Source: an uncultured Poribacteria bacterium (lineage in GTDB: Bacteria; Poribacteria; WGA-4E; WGA-3G). From it: a DNA stretch of 32,000 nucleotides. The notes beneath the pieces were generated by a model, which did not search any database, was not told where the DNA came from, and saw only the letters and a list, made by a program, of their open reading frames with translations. The DNA lies in NCBI GenBank assembly GCA_958296135.2, contig CATQHZ020000001.1, positions 3,340,536 to 3,372,535 on the forward strand, in the 5' to 3' direction. A program made the translations under genes and the position numbers. Each line of letters starts with the position of its first letter. The stretch's first letter is position 1. Of this stretch, positions 21,059 through 28,320 are shown one piece after another.

Positions 21059-23536
21059 CTAAAAGCCGGGGCCCACTGTGAAATGGAATTTGCCGGCCGG
21101 TTCTCCCGTAATCCGATCCAAGCCGTAGCCCCAGCCGAGTCGCACGAGCATGCCGAGCATCGTAAAACGGGCCTCAGCACCGACTGAGCGTTTCAGGTTG
21201 ATTTCACGAAAGACGTTTGTCGTGCTCTCATCCCACACCTGTCCGATGTCAAAGAATAGTGCCGCCGTAAGTTGCGGGGAAACGGGAACGCGATATTCAA
21301 AGTTGGCGAAGAATACTTTATCTCCACCGTACGGGTTTAAACTATCGGGGTAAATCTCCCAATCCTCGTAGCCGCGAAGCGTATCCACACCACCGAGGAA
21401 GAAGCGTTCATAGAAGAGGAAATACGCGTCATTGCTTTTACTGCGCATGTAACCGGCACGGGCGTGCGCCGCAAAGACGTGATTCCACCACGGGCTGTAG
21501 AACCAACTAGTGTCCGCCGAGTATTTCTGGAACTGGTTGTCCGCACCCAAAATGCCGCCTGAATATTCATAAGAGAGCGTATTCAGAGAGCCGGCTGTCG
21601 GGTCAAACACCGAAGTGCGGTAATCGCGGGTGTCCCTGCCCACAGCGAACAGAATACTTCGCGTCGACCGGTCAACGATTTGTTCGTCCGGATTGTGTGC
21701 TTCAACCGCTTCGTTACGGAAGCGGACGGACAGGTCGATGTCTTGCGTAATCGGGTGCCCAAGCGTCACAGAAGCCCCTCTTCTGCCCCAAACATACCGG
21801 TCGTACGAGTATAAGCTCCCTGCGCGACGCAGTGCAGAACCGACTGTGCCGTAGTAGCGGCGGAAGCGGCGGTTATCGTAAAGCCGTGCGTTCAGCCGCG
21901 TCGGGGTACCTAAAATCCACGGCGTTCCGAAACTGAGCTCGGCAGTGTGATGGTCGCGGGTGCCGAGCTCGCCTTTGACATGCAAGCGGTAGGCGCGCCC
22001 TCGGAAATTATTTTGTCCAACTTCGGCCACGCCGAAGATGCCGCCTTCGCTACCGTAACCGCCCCCGAGGCTCAGCATGCCAGTGCGCGGTGTCTCCGCG
22101 ATGTTCACCCTGAGGTCCTTCCGATTTTCGTCGGCAGTATCGCTTGGGACAAAGTCAACGGCACGAATGAAGGAGCCCATTTGAAACAACCGTTGCCGCG
22201 CTTTCCGCAAGGATTTGACATCCAGCAACTCTTCGGATTTAATCTTCAACCAATCTAACTCGCGTTTGACGACGTGCTCCTTCGTTTTTTCCAACCCAGT
22301 AATCACGACTTTATTGATGATGATGATGTCCCCCTCGTTGATGTTCAGGGTGATGTTCACGACACCGTTCACTTCATCAAACACGGGAATTGGCACGACT
22401 TCCGAGAGTAGGTAGCCTTTGTCAAGATAAGCCTGCTGCAGTTTTCCGATGGATTCATCGAAAGTGCCGCGGTTGAAAATTTCGCCTTCCGCCGGGTCAA
22501 GCATCCGGCGAATCTTTTTTTCTGAGAAGACTGCCTTTGCACCGGACTCCACTTCAAGGGTATACGCGCCGATCACAAACTCGGGGCCTTCATCCACGGT
22601 GATGTCCAAAATCAGCCCGGTCTTGTCCTCCGTGAACCGCTTTTCATGTCCCAGGACTTTCACCTGTGCAAATCCCCGGTCTTGATAGTAGTTTCGGAGG
22701 TTGAGCGCTAAGTCTTCCTCTTCAAACAGCATCTGATCGAAGGGTTTGCCGGTGCGTGTCTTGAGCTGCTTTCGCAACTTGTTGACAGAAACGCGTTTAT
22801 TCCCAATGAAGTTAATCTCCTCAATCCTGACGCGAGGGCCCTCATTGATCTCAAAGGTGACCTGGATTGTTTTGGCTGCGCGGGTTTCTCCATCCGTAGG
22901 TTCCGCCTTGCTCTTTTCGTCCGGTTCAGTGTCGGTAACCTCCTCGGTGTTGAGGGGGCGGATGTGGGTTTGGATGCTCACCAAGTAGTAGCCCTTTTCG
23001 TGGTAGAGCTGCTTGAGCACGCGCTCGCTCTCCCACTGCCGCCGTTCGCTATAAATTTCGGCAGTCCGGAACGTCAACTTATCCTTGAGTTTGCCGGCAC
23101 TCAACTCTTCATTGCCGATAAAGTTGATGTCGCCAATCTTCGGGCTTTCAACCACGTTGTAGATAACCTCTAGCCCGCCATCCTTAATGGATTCCACCGC
23201 CACCGAGATGTCGGAGAAAAAGCCGGTATCCTTGTAGAGGCTCTCAATGTCCTTCGTGAGCAGTTCCTGAGAAATTTCCTGCCCGACGTGCGTCTGAATG
23301 AGCGTCCGCAACATCTCCTCAGACGTGGTGTGAACCCCCTTAAAGGAGACCTTTCTAACGACAAGCCTCTCGTCAACTGCGGATGGGGCGGGCTCTTCCG
23401 ATGCGACGGTAGGTTCCGGAGCGGCTTGCACTGCCTGTTCTTCGGCATACACCGTGCCAACGCTTAGCCCGGCGATGACGAAAAAGGATAGGCAAAGCGC
23501 AGTGATTTGGGTTAACATGTCTCTTCTTTCATCCAT
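21059..23536 (-). CDS. bamA: Outer-membrane protein assembly factor BamA
   Basis: 825 aa with GGAGGA 8 nt upstream. It has a signal peptide, repeated POTRA-like modules and a C-terminal beta-barrel ending in GKFHFTVGPGF (terminal aromatic residue). Confidence 0.9.
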   Translation of the reverse strand: MDERRDMLTQITALCLSFFVIAGLSVGTVYAEEQAVQAAPEPTVASEEPAPSAVDERLVVRKVSFKGVHTTSEEMLRTLIQTHVGQEISQELLTKDIESLYKDTGFFSDISVAVESIKDGGLEVIYNVVESPKIGDINFIGNEELSAGKLKDKLTFRTAEIYSERRQWESERVLKQLYHEKGYYLVSIQTHIRPLNTEEVTDTEPDEKSKAEPTDGETRAAKTIQVTFEINEGPRVRIEEINFIGNKRVSVNKLRKQLKTRTGKPFDQMLFEEEDLALNLRNYYQDRGFAQVKVLGHEKRFTEDKTGLILDITVDEGPEFVIGAYTLEVESGAKAVFSEKKIRRMLDPAEGEIFNRGTFDESIGKLQQAYLDKGYLLSEVVPIPVFDEVNGVVNITLNINEGDIIIINKVVITGLEKTKEHVVKRELDWLKIKSEELLDVKSLRKARQRLFQMGSFIRAVDFVPSDTADENRKDLRVNIAETPRTGMLSLGGGYGSEGGIFGVAEVGQNNFRGRAYRLHVKGELGTRDHHTAELSFGTPWILGTPTRLNARLYDNRRFRRYYGTVGSALRRAGSLYSYDRYVWGRRGASVTLGHPITQDIDLSVRFRNEAVEAHNPDEQIVDRSTRSILFAVGRDTRDYRTSVFDPTAGSLNTLSYEYSGGILGADNQFQKYSADTSWFYSPWWNHVFAAHARAGYMRSKSNDAYFLFYERFFLGGVDTLRGYEDWEIYPDSLNPYGGDKVFFANFEYRVPVSPQLTAALFFDIGQVWDESTTNVFREINLKRSVGAEARFTMLGMLVRLGWGYGLDRITGEPAGKFHFTVGPGF

Positions 23537-23587
23537 TTTCTTTCCTCCTATGCAGCGGTTTTCAGCGGCGGCGTTTTTGCATGGCGA

Positions 23588-23617
23588 GAGACAGTCAGAG
23601 ACAGTCAGAGACAGTCA
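23588..23617. repeat. Perfect 3x tandem 10-bp repeat (GAGACAGTCA) enclosed by REP-type arms GGCGAG / CTCGCC, in the bamA leader
   Basis: The plus strand reads GGCGAGA-GACAGTCAGA-GACAGTCAGA-GACAGTCA-CTCGCC. It lies 52-81 nt upstream of the bamA ATG. Confidence 0.8.
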
Positions 23618-23645
23618 CTCGCCGTGTGGTATAGTGGCAGCGCGC

Positions 23646-24518
23646 CTACACGTAAATCGGCGTTCCGGTGCTGTTCGCCAACTGCCGGAATGCAGCCATA
23701 AGTTTCTGTGTCACGGCTCCGGGCTGCCCATCTCCGATGACACGTCTGTCGATGTTGACAACAGGGATAACCTCGGCTGCCGTGCCGGTTAGGAAGCACT
23801 CGTCTGCAATGTAGAGCGCGTGCCGTGTAAAGATGCGTTCTTCTACCTGCATGCCCGCGTCGCGCGCCAATTCGATGACGCTGTTCCGCGTAACGCCTTC
23901 TAAAATGCCGATGTGGACAGGCGGCGTGACAAGCACCCCGTTTTTCACCCAAAAGATATTATCGCCGCTGCACTCCACGACATAGCCATCGGCGTTGAGC
24001 ATTAGCACCTCAACCGCCCCGGCTTGCTTCCCCTCAATTTTCGCCAAGATGTTATTGAGGTAGTTCAGCGACTTGATTCGGGGATTGATAGCTTCCGGAT
24101 AATTCCGTCGGATTGAGGTGGTTACGATATCCAACCCCTCTTCATAAAAATTTTGTGGATAGAGGGTGATCTTATCTGCAATAATAATGATAGTGGGGTT
24201 CGGGCACTTGTCCGGGTCTAACCCCAGATCGCCGACACCGCGGGTGACGATCAAACGAATATAAGCCTCATGGAGGTTATTTCGACGGAGTGTCTCCAGT
24301 ACCGTCTCCTTCATGGTTTCAATAGGAGTCGGAATCTGTAGCATAATGGATTTGGCAGAGTCGTAGAGTCGTTCGAGGTGTTCATCGAGTTTAAAGACGC
24401 GTCCGTTGTAGGAGCGGATGCCCTCAAAAACGCCGTCGCCGTAGAGCAACCCGTGGTCGAACACGGAAACTTTGGCTTCAGCCTGCGGTAAAAATTCTCC
24501 ATCGATATAAATCAACAT
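23646..24518 (-). CDS. ilvE: Class IV aminotransferase, branched-chain-amino-acid aminotransferase type
   Basis: I trimmed the start to ATG 24518 (MLIYIDGEFLPQAEAKVSVFDHGLLYGDGVFEGIRSY) with AAGGAAGGA immediately upstream. The EGVTRNSVIELA motif is present. D-amino-acid aminotransferase or PabC cannot be excluded by eye. Confidence 0.75.
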   Translation of the reverse strand: MLIYIDGEFLPQAEAKVSVFDHGLLYGDGVFEGIRSYNGRVFKLDEHLERLYDSAKSIMLQIPTPIETMKETVLETLRRNNLHEAYIRLIVTRGVGDLGLDPDKCPNPTIIIIADKITLYPQNFYEEGLDIVTTSIRRNYPEAINPRIKSLNYLNNILAKIEGKQAGAVEVLMLNADGYVVECSGDNIFWVKNGVLVTPPVHIGILEGVTRNSVIELARDAGMQVEERIFTRHALYIADECFLTGTAAEVIPVVNIDRRVIGDGQPGAVTQKLMAAFRQLANSTGTPIYV

Positions 24519-24537
24519 AAATCCTTCCTTCAAACCG

Positions 24538-24554
24538 GTAGGCGCGAGCTCGCG
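24538..24554 (+). repeat. Variant GTAGG-headed palindromic repeat (GTAGGCGCGAGCTCGCG)
   Basis: It contains the perfect 12-nt palindrome CGCGAGCTCGCG (24543-24554). It is related to 6111-6127. Confidence 0.55.
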
Positions 24555-24593
24555 AACACGCCGTCTACCTTCCTATTTATTCTGATGTTGAGC

Positions 24594-24650
24594 CTGATTG
24601 CAGAAAATAACGTCTCCTTTCCAGTGACGTTTTTCTACCACTTGCCAGCA
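24594..24650 (-). repeat. Copy C (partial, inverted) of the approximately 85-nt repeat family, overlapping the lolD stop
   Basis: Plus-strand CTGATTGCAGAAAATAACGTCTCCTTTCCAGTGACGTTTTTCTACCAC matches the reverse complement of copies A and B. The AACGTC/GACGTT hairpin is retained. The lolD stop codon (24635-24637) and its last codons lie inside the copy. Confidence 0.6.
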
Positions 24651-25393
24651 GTACTGATTTTTCCATCGACGAGGTGAACAGTTCTGTCAGCCCGCTCGGC
24701 GAGTTCCTTATTGTGTGTGACGATAACGAACGTCTGCCCGGCTTGCGCGTTCATAAGCCATAAAAGTTCTAACACCGCCTCGCTACTGCGCGAGTCCAGA
24801 TTGCCTGTCGGTTCATCAGCGAGGACAACTTGGGGTTGATTCATCAGCGCGCGTGCGATTGCGACACGCTGCCGTTCGCCGCCGGAGAGTTGGCTCGGGT
24901 AGTGTTCCTGCCGTTCGGAGAGTCCGACGTAGGCGAGCAACTCTTGCGCCCTCGTATAAACGCTGCGCGTATCGTAACATGAGGCAATCTCCTTCGCCTT
25001 GTCCGTATGTGGGTGTACCGAACTTTGTTGGGTAACTCCCCCGAGAATCGCGCTCATTGCAACGTTTTCAAGCGCGGTAAATTCCGGCAGCAGATGATGA
25101 AACTGAAAGACAAAGCCGATGTGCTCGTTCCGGAACCGGGCGAGTGCCTTATCGGGAAAAGTGAAGATGTCCTGTTCTTCGTAAAAGACAGTTCCTGCTG
25201 TCGGCCGGTCCAGCGCGCCGAGGATATGGAGGAGTGTGCTTTTGCCCACGCCGGATGCGCCGACGATGGCAAGCATCTCCGAAGGACGTACCATGAAATC
25301 CACGCCTTGCAGCACTGGAAGTTCTGCTTCGCCATCATAGTAGGATTTGTGTAAATCCTTAATGCGGATGAGTGCTTCTCGCGAGTGTGTCAC
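24635..25393 (-). CDS. lolD: Lipoprotein-releasing system ATP-binding protein (LolD/MacB-type ABC ATPase)
   Basis: 252 aa with a GTG start and GGGAGA upstream. Motifs are GASGVGKST, LSGGERQRVAIARAL and VLADEPTGNLD. It sits directly downstream of the FtsX-type permease. It contains an extra segment of about 20 aa before the signature motif. Confidence 0.85.
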   Translation of the reverse strand: MTHSREALIRIKDLHKSYYDGEAELPVLQGVDFMVRPSEMLAIVGASGVGKSTLLHILGALDRPTAGTVFYEEQDIFTFPDKALARFRNEHIGFVFQFHHLLPEFTALENVAMSAILGGVTQQSSVHPHTDKAKEIASCYDTRSVYTRAQELLAYVGLSERQEHYPSQLSGGERQRVAIARALMNQPQVVLADEPTGNLDSRSSEAVLELLWLMNAQAGQTFVIVTHNKELAERADRTVHLVDGKISTAGKW

Positions 25394-25419
25394 ACTGTCT
25401 CCCTATTTACGACTGACAC

Positions 25420-25444
25420 GGACAGGGACAGGCCCTGTCCCTAC
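25420..25444 (-). repeat. REP-type repeat with doubly compensated stem (GGACAGGG/CCCTGTCC) in the lolE-lolD spacer
   Basis: The plus strand reads GGACAGGGACAGGCCCTGTCCCTAC. It has a perfect 8-bp stem and a CTAC tail (GTAG on the minus strand). Confidence 0.75.
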
Positions 25445-25456
25445 CAGAAGAGCAAA

Positions 25457-26917
25457 TTATTCGTGTTGCAACGCCTCAACCGGATTCAGATTCGCCGCCT
25501 GCCATGCCGGGTAGAGCGTTGCCAGCCAGCAAATCAGGAACGATAGCGCGTTGATGAAACCGACAAAGAACCAATTCACCTTTATCGGCAACTGATTCAT
25601 CTGATAAATTTGGCTGAGCCCTAACTCCACCAGTGAAATCGGCTTGACGAAACAATAAAGCCCAAACCCTATTGAAACGAGCCAGAAGAGCCATAACGCC
25701 ATTTTAAAACCGCCCGGTCTCGGTGTAATCCGCCGCAACGCAATCAGCACTTGTAACAAAACAGGCATAGCGACGATGAGGGCCCACCACGGGGACGGCC
25801 GAAGACTGTTGGAACTGAGGAGCCAACAGAGCGTGAGTCCCAATCCTGTGCCGAGCAGTGTGCCAAGTATTCCGATAACGCTTCCCTGAATCATGAAGAT
25901 GCCCATAATGCTCCCACGTGAGGCACCGAGCGTGCGGAACGTGCCAACGTCCCTCGTCTTCTCCATGACAGTCATAATGAGCGTGCTTGCGATGTTAAAA
26001 GCCGCCACTAAAATAATGAGTGCTTCAATGACGACTGTGAGCGTCTTCTCTAACCGCAGTGCGGCGAAGAGGGGCGCGTGCACCTCCATCCACGTTCGCG
26101 CTATCGGGAGTCCCTCTAAAACAGAAAATTGCACCGTGTCCGTAATCCGTGGTGCCGCCTGAGGTGCCACTTCCGCGTCACGTAGCCGGACAAAGATGGC
26201 GTTGACACGATTGGCTCTGTTATACAATTTCTGCGCCGCCGCGATGTGAATAAACCCAAAGCTGTTGTCGTAAACCGCCAATTCCGATTCATACAACCCG
26301 ATGACGACGAAGTTGGAGAGATCTGGGATGAACGTATCTGGGTTTATCGGATGTTCCTGAAGTTCCACGACGAGCCGCAAGATATCGCCTTTGACGATAC
26401 CGAGCCGGTCTGCCAGGCGCGCGCCGAGCACGATGCCGCCGGTTACCGTATTATCGCTCAAGCGTTCTGCCTTTGCAATGAGAGGCGAATTCTGGAAGTC
26501 AACGGAGCCTGCCACAAATCGTGAGAAGCCTGTCACTATGTCTTCTTTCGCCGGTTCAATGCCTTTGATGTGAATCACGTCCTGAATTCTTTTGCTATGT
26601 TCAGGAAAAACGGCGACTTGTGAGTAAACCACCGGGGATGCGGCGACGACTTCGTCAAGTGCCTCAATTTGTGCAATGCGTTGTGTGTACCCTCCAAAAA
26701 AATCGCTACCGTGTAGCATCAACACGACGTGTGCCTCATTCGCGAGGAAGCGTTCCTTGAGGCCGTGCTCAACGCCGTTTAGAACGGCAATCGCCAGAAT
26801 CACGGTTGCCACACCGAGCGCGACACCGCCGATCGAGATGATACTGATGAGCGAGATAAAGGACTGCTTTCGCCGCGAACGAAGGTATCGCGAGGCGACA
26901 AACCATTCAAATTTCAT
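25457..26917 (-). CDS. LolC/LolE-family lipoprotein-releasing system permease (FtsX/MacB fold) with extra hydrophobic insert
   Basis: 486 aa. The N-terminus FVASRYLRSRRKQSFISLISIISIGGVALG is typical. It has a large periplasmic domain and a conserved C-terminus (LATLYPAWQAANLNPVEALQHE). About 40 extra residues with two hydrophobic segments lie between the last two canonical TMs. Confidence 0.85.
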   Translation of the reverse strand: MKFEWFVASRYLRSRRKQSFISLISIISIGGVALGVATVILAIAVLNGVEHGLKERFLANEAHVVLMLHGSDFFGGYTQRIAQIEALDEVVAASPVVYSQVAVFPEHSKRIQDVIHIKGIEPAKEDIVTGFSRFVAGSVDFQNSPLIAKAERLSDNTVTGGIVLGARLADRLGIVKGDILRLVVELQEHPINPDTFIPDLSNFVVIGLYESELAVYDNSFGFIHIAAAQKLYNRANRVNAIFVRLRDAEVAPQAAPRITDTVQFSVLEGLPIARTWMEVHAPLFAALRLEKTLTVVIEALIILVAAFNIASTLIMTVMEKTRDVGTFRTLGASRGSIMGIFMIQGSVIGILGTLLGTGLGLTLCWLLSSNSLRPSPWWALIVAMPVLLQVLIALRRITPRPGGFKMALWLFWLVSIGFGLYCFVKPISLVELGLSQIYQMNQLPIKVNWFFVGFINALSFLICWLATLYPAWQAANLNPVEALQHE

Positions 26918-26928
26918 ATTTTTTGGCG

Positions 26929-27726
26929 TTATCCCTCGATTTCCGCCCGGAGTCGCTCGAGTTCTGCTAAAGCCTGTTCAAGTTGGGCTTCGGCATCTTT
27001 GCGTGCGCGTGCCTCTTGCTGGGCTTGTGCCTCGGCATCTTTGCGTGCGCGTGCCTCTTGCTGGGCTTGTGCCTCGGCATCTTTGGCGCGCCCAAGGGCA
27101 TCTTCGGCGAGATTCACGGCTTCTACCGCACGCGCCTCTGCTTCTAGCGCGCGTTCACTTGGCGGCTGCAACCACCGCCGCGCCCGAGCATCGTAAAAGC
27201 GCAAACCTTCGGGACGCTCACCCAATTCCAACCCCAGAACCGCGGACTTCAACCGGCCATCCACAAACGGTATCTCTTCATACGTATCGCCGACGAGCCG
27301 ATACCCGATGAGCGGATGCTCAACGACACCATACGGAATGTAGAGATAATATTCTTGCACGCCGAGAAGAGACGCGTAAATCGCCTTCTTCCTACCCTGG
27401 TCCTGCCGATAGGTGCCGAGGCTGCCTACCTCCAACACAAAAGCCGGTGCGCGCCGTTCTTGCTCAATAACATAGAATCGCCGCTGTTTTTTCGAGACAC
27501 CGTGAACGACGAAGACATCCGGCGCGACCATCTTCATTTTGACACCATCTCGGTAGTAGACGAAAAGATTGCCCGAGACATAGACATTCGGCGCGGCCGA
27601 GAAGTGCTCTTTAAGCGTCTCAATGCAATCCACCATTAAGTCGCGATGCAAGTCAGTTTCAGCCATAGGCTTCCCATCCGATTCCGGATAGTCAAGGGTG
27701 GGTGCAGACTGGATTTTTCGCTGCAT
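26929..27726 (-). CDS. Uma2-family (DUF820) putative endonuclease with C-terminal Ala/Glu/Gln-rich coiled coil
   Basis: I trimmed the start to ATG 27726 (MQRKIQ), 6 nt after GGAGGGG. The family pattern YPESDGKPMAETDLHRDLM...PDVFVV...FVLEVGS...QEYYLY is present. Confidence 0.8.
   Translation of the reverse strand: MQRKIQSAPTLDYPESDGKPMAETDLHRDLMVDCIETLKEHFSAAPNVYVSGNLFVYYRDGVKMKMVAPDVFVVHGVSKKQRRFYVIEQERRAPAFVLEVGSLGTYRQDQGRKKAIYASLLGVQEYYLYIPYGVVEHPLIGYRLVGDTYEEIPFVDGRLKSAVLGLELGERPEGLRFYDARARRWLQPPSERALEAEARAVEAVNLAEDALGRAKDAEAQAQQEARARKDAEAQAQQEARARKDAEAQLEQALAELERLRAEIEG
26991..27084. repeat. Perfect 42-bp tandem duplication (2 full units plus 10 nt of a third) inside the Uma2 C-terminal coding region
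   Basis: Units 26991-27032 and 27033-27074 are identical base for base. They encode KDAEAQAQQEARAR twice. Confidence 0.9.
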
Positions 27727-27765
27727 TATTTCCCCTCCTAGCATTGTTCTACGCGCTTCCGACGC

Positions 27766-28320
27766 TCACGGGCGCGCACAAACAAAATCACGTTTGAGTA
27801 TACCATAGAGGATAGACGCTTCAAAAACGCCGCACCGTTTGACCTCTCTCGGAGAGTCCCTCTCATAACGCATCCCTATCTTCTGCATCACGCGTCCAGA
27901 AGCAGGATTCCGTTTGAAGTGGTAAGCGTAAATCCGATTGAGACAGAGCTCTTGAAACCCGTATGCGAGTATAGCACGCGCCGCTTCGGTGCAATAACCA
28001 CGGTTCCAATAAGGTTTTCCTACCCAATAGCCGAGTTCGCCGGTTCCGGGAGCGTCCTTAATCCCAAGTCCAATCGCGCCAATTAGAGTTCCCTCCTGTC
28101 GGCGTGTTATCGCGAAAGTTGCGCCTGCGCCCTTTTCAAACTGCTCGTGGCAGGAACTAATCCACTCTTCTGCCACACCATCTTCGTAAGGGTGCGGCAT
28201 GCTACACGTCATATCGGCGATGTCACGTTCCCCGGCGAGGCGTTGCACATCCGCCGCGTCCGCAAGCGTCAACGGACGTAGTGTGAGTCTATCGGTGTGG
28301 CGTGTCGGTTGCGTTTTCAT
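27766..28320 (-). CDS. GNAT-family N-acetyltransferase (RimJ/RimL-like, Acetyltransf_3 type)
   Basis: 184 aa. The N-terminus TDRLTLRPLTLADAADV and the core WVGKPYWNRGYCTEAARAILAYGF are typical. Its ATG (28320) abuts the lysS stop TAA (28323-28321). Confidence 0.8.
   Translation of the reverse strand: MKTQPTRHTDRLTLRPLTLADAADVQRLAGERDIADMTCSMPHPYEDGVAEEWISSCHEQFEKGAGATFAITRRQEGTLIGAIGLGIKDAPGTGELGYWVGKPYWNRGYCTEAARAILAYGFQELCLNRIYAYHFKRNPASGRVMQKIGMRYERDSPREVKRCGVFEASILYGILKRDFVCARP

Noticed and set aside
23588-27084. Whether the tandem repeats (10-bp x3 at 23588-23617; 42-bp x2 at 26991-27084) could be CRISPR arrays
   Set aside because: The units are directly adjacent with no spacers and are far too few. 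The second lies inside a CDS. There are no cas genes in the window.
27766-28320. GNAT as a TacT/AtaT-like aminoacyl-tRNA-acetylating toxin next to lysS
   Set aside because: The sequence is of the RimJ/RimL (Acetyltransf_3) type. There is no small RHH/DUF1778-type antitoxin gene adjacent, and the gene is co-translated with lysS rather than forming a two-gene TA cassette.
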